DNA from: Nitrospirota bacterium
Lineage (GTDB): Bacteria > Nitrospirota > Thermodesulfovibrionia > Thermodesulfovibrionales > SM23-35
Length of the DNA stretch: 64,000 bases
Assembly: GCA_040757475.1 (NCBI GenBank)
Contig: JBFLWW010000002.1
Location: 23,818-87,817, forward strand
Reading direction: 5' to 3'
Shown here: in pieces, positions 8,907 through 17,669 of the stretch
How positions within the stretch are numbered: position 1 is the first letter of the stretch
How the letters are laid out: every line of letters begins with the position of its first letter
The notes under the pieces: generated by a model
Databases searched by the model: none
Told to the model about the DNA's origin: nothing
What the model saw: only the letters and a program-made list of their open reading frames with translations
Program-made: the position numbers and the translations under genes

Positions 8907-10649
8907 ATGAGAAAAATATTTTATTTTATAGCCATTAGTTTTTTGGGGCTTGTCCTGTTTGTCTCAAATGGCTATGCCCTAACAGCAGGCACTACATACA
9001 CTGTTGAGGTAGATGCCATTGGTTCAAATGGGGTAGTTGTTGACCTTGCAGGGCTTTCAACCACTGCCACAGCAGATGCGAATGGTAAGATTTCATTCGC
9101 CATAACAGGCGTTCCCGACAGGACTGCATATAATTTCCTTGTTATCACCATCAAAAACTCTGACGGCTCAGTTGCAAGGCGTTCCATTGCACCAACGCCA
9201 ACAGCAGGCGGAACAACCACCCTCGGTGTTTCACCTGTTACAGAGGACCAGACAGAGGCTTTCCTTTCTGCAATGCAAACTGCCGGCAGTGATAATCCAA
9301 TACTGGTTGCACTCGGGATGGTAATACTCCGCACAGCAGCCCTTACTCCTACAGAGCTTGGATATGTTGCTACTGGAGGAAGGGCCGCTGCAGCTGGATT
9401 TGAAAATGAACTTACTAATTTAGGTGTTACTGCATCCCAGCTTTCAACATTTAAAAGCGGGATTGTGGACAGGCTCGGCCAGTTTACAGCCTTATATAAG
9501 GATGCAGTTGACTCTACAACTACTATAGCAGCAGCAGAAAATAGGGGAAAGGCAGCAGGACTTTTATTACAAATCCTTATCAGTTCTGCTACGGATGCAG
9601 GCTTCCCTGAAGACTATGTAGAGCTTGCCCTGATGGCTGCAGGGGATGCTGTAGATAATGACCCATCATGGAATAACCTGCCGCTTGAATTTGGAAATGC
9701 AGTTGATGCTGAGATGAGCAGTGCATTCCTAAAGATAAGGGCAGAGAAGGCACTGAAGAAATATACAGAGGCACTTACACTTCTTGGTGCATCAACATCA
9801 CAGGTAAGCAAGTTTACCACAGCGGCGAATAACCTCTTTACAGCAATGGAGAATGCCTTTAAAAAATTTGAACAACTCTTTGCAGATGAAAGTACTATGC
9901 CTGCACCTGCGGAGATAAATGCTGTACAGACCGCTATAGATACTGCGATGCAAACCGCCTTCGATCAGTTCATAACTGATTCTGCATCTACAGGTACTGA
10001 AATAGACACTATGGCAACTGCTATGAAGAACGGATTCTGCGGCGGGGATGATGTATGTAAAGCTATGATTGACACTATGAGAGGGACAAGCGAAAATGAC
10101 AGCATGTTCACATTCAGAAAACAGGATGGGACTGCTGTTTATTGGCCCATAATGATGGCTGTTCCTATGACCTGGATATCAAATATTGTTGCTGCAGGTG
10201 GAAGCCTTACCTATACAAGGGATAACCTTCCTGTGCCTGCTATGTTAGACTGGCTTGACAGCAATGATAATCCCACAGATGCAGATGGTATAAACAACAC
10301 AAGGCATGACTGGGGGGATGTTGGTCCTGCTGGGCCTAACAATGATGCTGGTAATGAAGCTGGTGCCAATAATGTGGCTGGAGACGATGAAGCAATCCCA
10401 GCATCCCTGGCAGCCCTTTTTGGCCTAAGAGAAGATATAATGATAATAGAGTTCACAAAGTATTCTGATTTTAATGCTATAGGAGGACAGCCAACAGCGG
10501 ACCAGATGAAGACAATAATGAATAATTTCACTACAAGATTAGTAGGAAGGGAAACAGCTATTGGAGGGACAACTGACGGCACAACCGCTATCAGCACAGC
10601 GCAGAAAAAGGCGCTTATAACAACCGCACTCTCACCTGATTTTGATTAA
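8907..10649 (+). CDS. Secreted Ala/Thr/Gly-rich protein of unknown function (candidate T2SS-associated)
   Basis: AAAGGAGG precedes the ATG. The signal peptide is MRKIFYFIAISFLGLVLFVSNGYA. I recognise no family. Confidence 0.55.
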   Translation: MRKIFYFIAISFLGLVLFVSNGYALTAGTTYTVEVDAIGSNGVVVDLAGLSTTATADANGKISFAITGVPDRTAYNFLVITIKNSDGSVARRSIAPTPTAGGTTTLGVSPVTEDQTEAFLSAMQTAGSDNPILVALGMVILRTAALTPTELGYVATGGRAAAAGFENELTNLGVTASQLSTFKSGIVDRLGQFTALYKDAVDSTTTIAAAENRGKAAGLLLQILISSATDAGFPEDYVELALMAAGDAVDNDPSWNNLPLEFGNAVDAEMSSAFLKIRAEKALKKYTEALTLLGASTSQVSKFTTAANNLFTAMENAFKKFEQLFADESTMPAPAEINAVQTAIDTAMQTAFDQFITDSASTGTEIDTMATAMKNGFCGGDDVCKAMIDTMRGTSENDSMFTFRKQDGTAVYWPIMMAVPMTWISNIVAAGGSLTYTRDNLPVPAMLDWLDSNDNPTDADGINNTRHDWGDVGPAGPNNDAGNEAGANNVAGDDEAIPASLAALFGLREDIMIIEFTKYSDFNAIGGQPTADQMKTIMNNFTTRLVGRETAIGGTTDGTTAISTAQKKALITTALSPDFD

Positions 10650-10657
10650 GGCATATA

Positions 10658-10685
10658 TAGGGGGCGGGATTTATCCCACCCCCTA
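10658..10685 (+). terminator. GC-rich hairpin terminator
   Basis: TAGGGGGCGGGA-TTTA-TCCCACCCCCTA, a 12-bp stem with one mismatch, lies 9 nt after the stop codon. Confidence 0.55.
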
Positions 10686-10734
10686 TACTACATCATTCTT
10701 ATTACAACTCCTGTATATGCTACTATGATATTAT

Positions 10735-11382
10735 ATGTATGTGAATATCAAAATCTCATTTTTCTATTCCTTTTTCATTCATTTTATTGCTGTTTCACTT
10801 TTTATTTCAGTCTCCAGACCTGACGCAGAGATACCAATTAAATATGTGGATTACTGGGTTGTAGATATTGTTGCAGTTGGGAATGCAAAATCACATGAAT
10901 CATCAGGAGAAACTTCCCAAGAGGTTCAAATGTTAGATGTCGTGCCTCCTTCTTCTGACCCTTCACAGGAGGCAAAGAATATCCTTAAAACAATGGGTGA
11001 TGAGACACAGGTTCAGCGTTGGCAATACCGCTTTATGATGAATATAAATGACCAGATGACTGGCATTAAGATGAGGTATTTCTATAAAAATGTAAGAAAC
11101 TCTGTGGAAGGACTTCTTTATGCTACAATTCCAGAGAAAATAATTGAGGCACTCAATGGAAAATCGGCATCTGTGGAAATTAGCTACTACGAGGATGGAA
11201 GGATTGAAAATGTATCTGTCTCCTCTGATTCGGATAATGAATTTGCAGATATCCTCAAACATAAGATTCAGTGGGACTCTGTGCCCTCACCTGCAAGGTA
11301 TGCCCTCCTCAATAAGGGCATGAAACTCAGAATTTATGTTAACAGCAGAGGAAAGGTTAATGTAGATTTAGAGCTTCTGTAA
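10735..11382 (+). CDS. TonB-like membrane protein (N-terminal anchor, TonB-C-like C-terminal domain)
   Basis: The N-terminus SFFYSFFIHFIAVSLFI is TonB-like. The C-terminus ASVEISYYEDGRIENVSVSSDSDNEFADILKHKIQWDSVPSP fits the TonB_C pattern. Confidence 0.4.
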   Translation: MYVNIKISFFYSFFIHFIAVSLFISVSRPDAEIPIKYVDYWVVDIVAVGNAKSHESSGETSQEVQMLDVVPPSSDPSQEAKNILKTMGDETQVQRWQYRFMMNINDQMTGIKMRYFYKNVRNSVEGLLYATIPEKIIEALNGKSASVEISYYEDGRIENVSVSSDSDNEFADILKHKIQWDSVPSPARYALLNKGMKLRIYVNSRGKVNVDLELL

Positions 11383-11406
11383 AGGTATAAAATTGTCTGT
11401 CAAATC

Positions 11407-11435
11407 TTGACCTGATGTAGTATTCTTACTATACT
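11407..11435 (+). promoter_or_regulatory. Sigma70-like promoter directly upstream of gspD
   Basis: TTGACC, a 17-nt spacer, then TATACT. The -10 ends 1 nt before ATG 11437 and 7 nt before ATG 11443, so the transcript may be leaderless from the second ATG. Confidence 0.4.
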
Positions 11436-11436
11436 T

Positions 11437-13638
11437 ATGACTATGAAAGCGTTTAAAAAGCGTGTTATCTATTATCTGTTATCTGTTATTTTAATTTCAC
11501 TGTTCACTGTTCACTGTTCACTGTTCACTGTTTATGCTGAGACAAAAAAGGCTGATGAGAAGGTTACATTCAATTTCGTGGATGTTGACCTCGCCACTAT
11601 AACAAAATTTATAAGTGATATTACAGGGAAGAATTTTATCTTTGATGAGAGGGTGAAAGGCAAGATAACAATAATAGCCCCTTCTAAATTAAGTGTTGAC
11701 GATGCATACAATCTTTTCACATCCGTGCTTGAGCTTAAAGGCTTCACAGTTGTCCCATCAGGTGTTGACGCATATAAGATTATCCCTGCTATAGAGGCAA
11801 AACAGCGTGGGATACAGCTTGGTGCTGAGAGAGTGCCTGTTAATGAAAGCTACATAGCAAGACTTCTACCTTTAAAACATATATCCTCGGATGATGCCCT
11901 GAGATTTCTCCAACCCCTTATCTCAAAGGATGGTCATATATCCACATTCGGCCCTGGCAACCTTCTCCTTGTTGTTGACTCTGGACTGAATATTGAAAAG
12001 ATTCTTTCAATTATTGAGGCTATAGACCAGCCGTCAGCAAGAGAAGAACCTGAAATTGTCTTTCTCAAACATTCAAGCGCAGATGCCGTTGCAAAGATTC
12101 TCAATGAGGGTTTTGGAAAGGAAAGGACAAGGGCTGTTCCAGGCCAGCCACCACATATTGAGGAAGGCAGGGCAGTGGCTGACCAGAGGCTCAATGCTAT
12201 TGTCCTCTTTGGAGACAAAGGTGTCAGGGAATTCATGAAGGGACTGATAGCCCTGTTAGATGTGCCTTCGCCTGAGGCCCAGGGAAGGATAAATGTCTAT
12301 TTCCTTGAAAATGCTGATGCAACCGAGCTTGCAAAGGTCCTTGAGGGTATGCTGAAGGGTGCACAACCTGCAAGACAGGTCGCCCCTCCTGCACCGGGTG
12401 CTCCGCCAGTCACTCCCTTTGAGGCAGTTGGCGGCATAACCATAACACCTGATAAGGCCACAAATTCCTTTGTGATAGTTGCCTCACCAGCAGACTATCA
12501 GAACCTCTCACAGATTATAAAACAGCTTGATAAAAGGAGAAGACAGGTATTTGTTGAGGCAATGATTGTTGAGGCATCAATTGATAAGCTGAGGGAGTTG
12601 GGTGCAAAATGGAGAGCAACAGGAAGACATGAGGGAGAGCCTATAGTAATAGGCGGTTTCGGAACCATGAACCAGTCAGCACTTCAGTCTGTGATTTATG
12701 GGCTGACAGGTCTTACAGCTGGAGGAATGGGAAATTTCCTTGATATAAAGCTTACCACGCTTGATCCAACTACTGGTAAAGTTACAGAAGGCACTGTCAC
12801 AGTGCCTGGTTTTGCAGCCATCTTTAGCCTCAGTGAGTTTAAGGATGCTGTAAATGTCCTTTCAACCCCCCAGATTCTCACATCTGATAACAAAGAGGCA
12901 GAGATTGTGGTCGGTGAGAATGTTCCATTCATATCAAAAAGGGAAGCTGACCCTGCAAGAACCCTGTCTATGTTCACCACTATTGAAAGAAAGGATGTCG
13001 GAATCACGCTTAAAATAACCCCACAGATAACTGAAGGAGACTATGTCAAGCTTGATATATATCAGGAGATATCAGCGCTGGTATCTCCACCTGCTGGGCT
13101 TGAAGAGGCCATTCTTACAGGCGTGGGACCTACTACAACAAAACGCTCAACAAAGACATCGGTTGTGGTAAAGGACAGGCAGACTGTTGTTATCGGAGGC
13201 CTCATGCAGGAAAGGGATGCGGAGAACCTGACAAAGGTTCCGCTTCTTGGAGATATACCACTTCTTGGATGGCTTTTCAAATATAAGAGTGTCTCAAAGA
13301 AAAAGACAAACCTGCTTGTATTTCTTACACCTCATGTTGTTAAAAAGGCAGAAAATCTTGCGCAGATTACAAGAGATAAAGAGAAGGAGTTTGCAAGGGT
13401 GGAAAAGCAGTATAAAGAAGGAGAGCTTTTAATAAAGTTCAAAGAAGGGGTTTCAGAGGAGAGAGCACTATCAATAATCTCTGAAAAGGGTGCATCAGTT
13501 ATAACATTTATCGAGAACATTAAGGTCTATCATATAAAACTCAGAAAGAGGCAGGATGTAGAAGATGCCCTGAAGGAATTTTCTGAGATGCCAGAGATTC
13601 AATATGCAGAGCCGAATTATGTAATTAAAATAAAGTGA
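11437..13638 (+). CDS. gspD: Type II secretion secretin GspD with an extra C-terminal subtilase-propeptide (I9)-like domain
   Basis: 733 aa with N0-N3 domains and a secretin core (VPLLGDIPLLGWLFKYKS). The C-terminal 72 aa are not typical of secretins. The signal peptide is encoded by a heptamer array. Confidence 0.85.
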   Translation: MTMKAFKKRVIYYLLSVILISLFTVHCSLFTVYAETKKADEKVTFNFVDVDLATITKFISDITGKNFIFDERVKGKITIIAPSKLSVDDAYNLFTSVLELKGFTVVPSGVDAYKIIPAIEAKQRGIQLGAERVPVNESYIARLLPLKHISSDDALRFLQPLISKDGHISTFGPGNLLLVVDSGLNIEKILSIIEAIDQPSAREEPEIVFLKHSSADAVAKILNEGFGKERTRAVPGQPPHIEEGRAVADQRLNAIVLFGDKGVREFMKGLIALLDVPSPEAQGRINVYFLENADATELAKVLEGMLKGAQPARQVAPPAPGAPPVTPFEAVGGITITPDKATNSFVIVASPADYQNLSQIIKQLDKRRRQVFVEAMIVEASIDKLRELGAKWRATGRHEGEPIVIGGFGTMNQSALQSVIYGLTGLTAGGMGNFLDIKLTTLDPTTGKVTEGTVTVPGFAAIFSLSEFKDAVNVLSTPQILTSDNKEAEIVVGENVPFISKREADPARTLSMFTTIERKDVGITLKITPQITEGDYVKLDIYQEISALVSPPAGLEEAILTGVGPTTTKRSTKTSVVVKDRQTVVIGGLMQERDAENLTKVPLLGDIPLLGWLFKYKSVSKKKTNLLVFLTPHVVKKAENLAQITRDKEKEFARVEKQYKEGELLIKFKEGVSEERALSIISEKGASVITFIENIKVYHIKLRKRQDVEDALKEFSEMPEIQYAEPNYVIKIK
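11464..11533 (+). repeat. Heptamer lattice, 10 units (4x GTTATCT-type, 1 transitional unit, 5x ACTGTTC), encoding the gspD signal peptide
   Basis: Read directly from the sequence. It is in register over 70 nt and translates VIYYLLSVILISLFTVHCSLFTV. Confidence 0.9.
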
Positions 13639-15176
13639 AGAATGCAGAAGCCATGAAAACCATCAACAGCATAAAAGACGATGATGTAGAGCCTTCACTT
13701 GTTAAAGAAGTTCCACTCTCTTTTGCAAAAGGCAATCTGATAATGCCTCTTAGAAGGGAAGATGGAGCCCTTCTGGCTGCTGTTGCAGATGAAAAGGGAA
13801 TCCTTGCTTTATTTGAACTGTCTAAACGCTTTGGCCTTAAACCATTACCTCTGAATGCACAATCAGGAGTGGTTATTGATGCTATTAACAGGTTCTATGG
13901 CCAGCTCGGCTCTGCAGAGGAGGTGATGGATAATATAACAGGCGAAGACCTTTCATCTGTTGCCACAGAGTTTGAAAGACCAAAGGACCTTCTTGAGCTT
14001 ACAGAAGAGGCTCCAATAATCAGGCTCTTTAATGCCCTCCTTCAGCAGGCGGTCAAAGAGAGGGCTTCTGATATACATATAGAGCCTTATGAGAAGGAAC
14101 TCGATGTGAGGATTAGGGTAGATGGGATTTTACACAGGGTTTTAAGTCCACCAAAGATAATTCAGGATGCATTGATAAGCAGGGTAAAGATTATGGCAAA
14201 CCTTGATATAGCCGAGAAGAGACTACCTCAGGATGGAAGGATAAGACTTCTTATTGGTGGAAGGGATATAGATGTAAGAGTCTCTATAATCCCAACATCT
14301 TATGGTGAGAGGGCAGTGTTGAGGCTACTTGACAGGAGACAGGGACTTATAGGGCTATGGGAGGTAGGTCTTAACAAGGAGGATGAGAAGCGACTCGAAG
14401 GACTCCTTCAGAGAACAAACGGGATACTGCTTGTTACAGGTCCCACAGGTAGTGGCAAGACAACCACACTCTATGCTGCACTGAACAGGATTCATACAGA
14501 AGAAAAAAATATCATAACTGTTGAAGACCCTGTGGAATACCAGCTTAAAGGTATCGGTCAGATACAGGTTAATCCAAAAATAGGTTTAACCTTTGCGTCA
14601 GGGTTGAGGTCAATCTTAAGGCAGGACCCTGATGTGATAATGGTTGGCGAGATTAGAGACATCGAGACAGCCGAGATAGCAATCCAGGCATCTCTCACAG
14701 GCCATCTCGTCTTGAGCACACTTCATACAAACGACGCCTCATCAGCCATTACAAGGCTTTTAGATATGGGAGTTGAGCCATTTCTTGTGGCATCATCCCT
14801 TGTAGGTGTCCTTGCACAGAGGCTTGTGAGGATTATATGTCCCAATTGTAAAGAATCATACGAACCCTCAGATGCTGAGAAATCATATTTTCTTGACTCG
14901 TCACTTGTCATTCTATACAGAGGCAGGGGCTGTGAGAGATGCAAAGGTAAGGGCTATATTGGAAGGACAGGGATATTTGAACTCCTAATCATAGACAACG
15001 AAATACGCCCTATGATTACAGATAGAGTAGATGCACAGAGTATAAAGAACTTCGCTATATCAAAGGGGGTTAAGAGTCTGAGGATGGACGGGATTAGTAA
15101 AGCCTGTGCTGGCATTACTACATTAGAGGAAGTGCTGAGGGTTACTCAGAAGGATTATGCCAATTTTTTCGTATAG
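13635..15176 (+). CDS. gspE: Type II secretion ATPase GspE
   Basis: Walker A GPTGSGKTT, Asp/His boxes, and a tetracysteine motif CPNC...CERC. Confidence 0.9.
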   Translation: MKNAEAMKTINSIKDDDVEPSLVKEVPLSFAKGNLIMPLRREDGALLAAVADEKGILALFELSKRFGLKPLPLNAQSGVVIDAINRFYGQLGSAEEVMDNITGEDLSSVATEFERPKDLLELTEEAPIIRLFNALLQQAVKERASDIHIEPYEKELDVRIRVDGILHRVLSPPKIIQDALISRVKIMANLDIAEKRLPQDGRIRLLIGGRDIDVRVSIIPTSYGERAVLRLLDRRQGLIGLWEVGLNKEDEKRLEGLLQRTNGILLVTGPTGSGKTTTLYAALNRIHTEEKNIITVEDPVEYQLKGIGQIQVNPKIGLTFASGLRSILRQDPDVIMVGEIRDIETAEIAIQASLTGHLVLSTLHTNDASSAITRLLDMGVEPFLVASSLVGVLAQRLVRIICPNCKESYEPSDAEKSYFLDSSLVILYRGRGCERCKGKGYIGRTGIFELLIIDNEIRPMITDRVDAQSIKNFAISKGVKSLRMDGISKACAGITTLEEVLRVTQKDYANFFV

Positions 15177-16332
15177 AGGTTACAGGATAGATGGCAGTGA
15201 GGCGACAGGCACCCTTGAGGCTGATGGCCTGAATGATGCTGCCTCAAAGGTCAGGAACCTCGGTCTTTTCCCGAAAGAAATCAGAGAATATATTCACAGA
15301 GAAAAGACAGGTTTTTTCCACAAACCTGATACTGCACTTCTTCCTGCAATAACAAGGCAGCTATCGTTGCTTCTTTCCTCAGGGGTACCTCTGATGGAGG
15401 CACTCAGGGCACTTTCTGAAGAGAACAGGGGATTCTGGAAAAGGCGTCTTATTAGTGTAAGAGAACAAGTTGCTAGTGGTACAAGTTTTTCTCGTGCATT
15501 GGAAGAACATAAAAAAATCTTCCCTGAATTCTATATAAATATGGTGGCTGCTGGAGAACATAGCGGGACATTAGATAAGGTCCTTGTGAGGCTTGCCGAC
15601 TTTCTTGAAAAACAGAATGCCATCAGAGCAAAGATAAAGGTATCCATGATGTATCCCATGTTTATGATATGTGTGGGGTTTATTGTGATGTCGTTTCTTT
15701 TTATCTTTGTAATACCAAAAATAGTAAAGATATTTGAAGATACTAAAAGTGCCCTGCCGTTAATAACAATTATTCTTATAAACATAAGCAACTTTTTTCG
15801 TTATTACTGGTGGATACCTCTAATAGCAGTTATTTCAGGAGTTCTTGGTATAAGGAAATTACTGAGAGAACATAGGCTCTTAGTTGATAAAACAATATTG
15901 AGATTGCCAGGTAGCCTTCTACAGGCTTTATATCTTGCCCGATTTTCCCGGAGCCTGAGTTTCCTTTTAGAAGGTGGATTGCCTATGCTTAAGGCCCTTG
16001 AACTTTCAGCAAAATCTACAGGCAACAGAGCACTTGAACTCAAGGTCTTGGCAGCAGGGGAAAAGGTGGCTGAGGGAGGAAGACTTTCTGCATCATTAGA
16101 GGGATTCCCGCCTGTCATGCTCCAGCTCATCTCCGTAGGTGAACGAAGCGGAACCTTGATAGAGGTTTTAAATAAGGCAGCAGACTCTTACGAAGAAGAG
16201 TTCCATAGAAGGGTTCAGAGGGCCCTCTCCTTGCTCGAACCTTCTATGATTTTATTAATGGGTATTGTGGTAGGCTTTATTGTGCTTGCAGTCCTGCTCC
16301 CGATGTTCCAGTTAAACCAGCTGGTGAGGTAA
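15157..16332 (+). CDS. gspF: Type II secretion inner-membrane platform protein GspF
   Basis: 391 aa with duplicated GspF domains. The N-terminus MPIFSYRGYRIDGSEATG is typical. Confidence 0.85.
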   Translation: MPIFSYRGYRIDGSEATGTLEADGLNDAASKVRNLGLFPKEIREYIHREKTGFFHKPDTALLPAITRQLSLLLSSGVPLMEALRALSEENRGFWKRRLISVREQVASGTSFSRALEEHKKIFPEFYINMVAAGEHSGTLDKVLVRLADFLEKQNAIRAKIKVSMMYPMFMICVGFIVMSFLFIFVIPKIVKIFEDTKSALPLITIILINISNFFRYYWWIPLIAVISGVLGIRKLLREHRLLVDKTILRLPGSLLQALYLARFSRSLSFLLEGGLPMLKALELSAKSTGNRALELKVLAAGEKVAEGGRLSASLEGFPPVMLQLISVGERSGTLIEVLNKAADSYEEEFHRRVQRALSLLEPSMILLMGIVVGFIVLAVLLPMFQLNQLVR

Positions 16333-16334
16333 AA

Positions 16335-16769
16335 ATGAGAAAATATGAGAAAGGCTTTACACTTATCGAAATAATAGTTGTAGTTTTCATACTAAGCCTC
16401 CTCGCTGCTATTGTTGCCCCAAGGATTATAGGCAGGACAGAGGATGCCCGCATTGCAGAAGCGAAGGTACAGATAAGAAATTTTGAGACAGCTATAAAAC
16501 TTTTCAAGATGGACAATGGTTTCTATCCTGACACCCAGCAGGGGCTTGCTGCCCTCATTGAAAAACCAACCATCGGCAGAATCCCGAACAACTATAGAGA
16601 AGGGGGCTATCTCGAACAGAGAAAGATACCTATGGATCCGTGGGGCAATCCGTATATTTATGTCGCTCCTGGCCTCCATGGAGATTTTGATATCCTGAGT
16701 CTGGGTGCTGATGGAAAGGAAGGCGGGGAAGGGAAAGATGCAGACATTAAGAACTGGGAGTTACAGTAA
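16335..16769 (+). CDS. gspG: Major pseudopilin GspG
   Basis: The prepilin leader is MRKYEKG/FTLIEIIVV. It also carries the GspG signature DPWGNPY. Confidence 0.9.
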   Translation: MRKYEKGFTLIEIIVVVFILSLLAAIVAPRIIGRTEDARIAEAKVQIRNFETAIKLFKMDNGFYPDTQQGLAALIEKPTIGRIPNNYREGGYLEQRKIPMDPWGNPYIYVAPGLHGDFDILSLGADGKEGGEGKDADIKNWELQ

Positions 16770-17205
16770 AGCGGGATTCACGCTCCTTGAGCTGATAATT
16801 GTTATATTTATACTCTCACTTGTAATGGCTGTGGTCTTTCCATCTTTTTATGGAATTGTAGATGGAAGGCTTAAATCAGAGTCAGGTAAGATTGCGTCTT
16901 TATTAAGGTATCTGAATGATAGCGCAATCTCCAGAAAAGAAACATTTATACTTAAGATTAACCTTGATAGTAATACCTTCTTATGGGAAGGTCCTGATGG
17001 TAAAAGGTCAGAAAGTTTCAATGGTCTTTTAGATATTTTTACAACCTCAACAGGAAGTGTCTCAAGGGGTGAGGTGATACTTTCTTTCGGTCCCCTCGGC
17101 ATTCAGGAGAATCTCAGAATCCACCTGAGGGATAAAGATAAGGAAATGGCGGTTACGCTTAACCCGATGAGTGGAAGGGTAAAAATAATTCAAAGTTCAA
17201 AATGA
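16738..17205 (+). CDS. gspH: Minor pseudopilin GspH
   Basis: The leader is MQTLRTGSYSKAG/FTLLELIIV. It overlaps the gspG 3' end. Its C-terminal IQSSK* and its stop codon lie inside a repeat element. Confidence 0.6.
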   Translation: MQTLRTGSYSKAGFTLLELIIVIFILSLVMAVVFPSFYGIVDGRLKSESGKIASLLRYLNDSAISRKETFILKINLDSNTFLWEGPDGKRSESFNGLLDIFTTSTGSVSRGEVILSFGPLGIQENLRIHLRDKDKEMAVTLNPMSGRVKIIQSSK

Positions 17206-17265
17206 AAAATTCAAAATTAAGGAATTCCAAAATTTTTAATTTTAAATTTTTAATTTTAAATTCCC
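17189..17265 (+). repeat. 77-nt AT-rich inverted heptamer element (11 units, core TTAAGGAATTCC), copy 1
   Basis: TTCAAAG TTCAAAA TGAAAAA TTCAAAA TTAAGGA ATTCCAA AATTTTT AATTTTA AATTTTT AATTTTA AATTCCC. It spans the gspH stop and gspI start. Confidence 0.9.
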
Positions 17266-17609
17266 GCCCACATCAGGTGAGCGGGTTCGCCCTCCTCGAG
17301 GTTATGATTGCAGTTGGCATTGTTGGGGCCCTCCTTGTTACCCTCATATATACATTGAATTATAATCTTGGCATTGCTGAAAGACACGAGACTATTACTG
17401 TTGCAGCTATACTTGCAAGAGATAAAATTTCCGAGATAGAGAAAATGCCTGTTGATTCCAGAGGAGAATTCCCTGAACCTTATTCTGATTATCAATATGA
17501 GACCACAGTCAAAGAATCCGTATATCCTAACATATCAGAAATATCAGTTGTTGTTAGAAAAGGGAAAGAAGAGGTTAAACTCAGCGAATTAATTCAAAGT
17601 GCAAAATGA
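17202..17609 (+). CDS. gspI: Minor pseudopilin GspI (repeat-encoded long leader)
   Basis: ATGA overlap with the gspH stop. The cleavage motif is QVSG/FALLEVMIAVGIV. The first ~22 codons lie in the 77-nt repeat element. Confidence 0.6.
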   Translation: MKNSKLRNSKIFNFKFLILNSRPHQVSGFALLEVMIAVGIVGALLVTLIYTLNYNLGIAERHETITVAAILARDKISEIEKMPVDSRGEFPEPYSDYQYETTVKESVYPNISEISVVVRKGKEEVKLSELIQSAK

Positions 17610-17669
17610 AAAATGCAAAATTAAGGAATTTCAGAATTTTTAATTTTGAATTTTCAATTTTAAATTTCC
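17593..17669 (+). repeat. 77-nt AT-rich inverted heptamer element, copy 2 (about 88% identical to copy 1)
   Basis: TTCAAAG TGCAAAA TGAAAAA TGCAAAA TTAAGGA ATTTCAG AATTTTT AATTTTG AATTTTC AATTTTA AATTTCC. It spans the gspI stop and gspJ start. Confidence 0.9.

Noticed and set aside
6514-11422. The 8-mer ATGTAGTA recurs near promoter-like TTGAC(A/C) boxes at 6514, 8658 and 11415, and inverted at 10689. It could be a shared operator linking the XRE regulator to the T2SS genes.
   Set aside because: The distance to the TTGAC box differs in every case (13, 0 and 3 nt). Only the 6506-6520 site is palindromic. About 2 occurrences of any 8-mer are expected by chance in 128 kb of two-strand sequence. 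The evidence is too weak without a genome-wide count.
17224-17229. The GAATTC / GGAATTCC core of the AT-rich elements as a restriction-modification-related signal.
   Set aside because: The core is variable among copies (GGAATTCC, GGAATTTC, GGAAATTT, AGATTTTCC), and no R-M genes lie nearby. It is more simply the centre of the palindrome.
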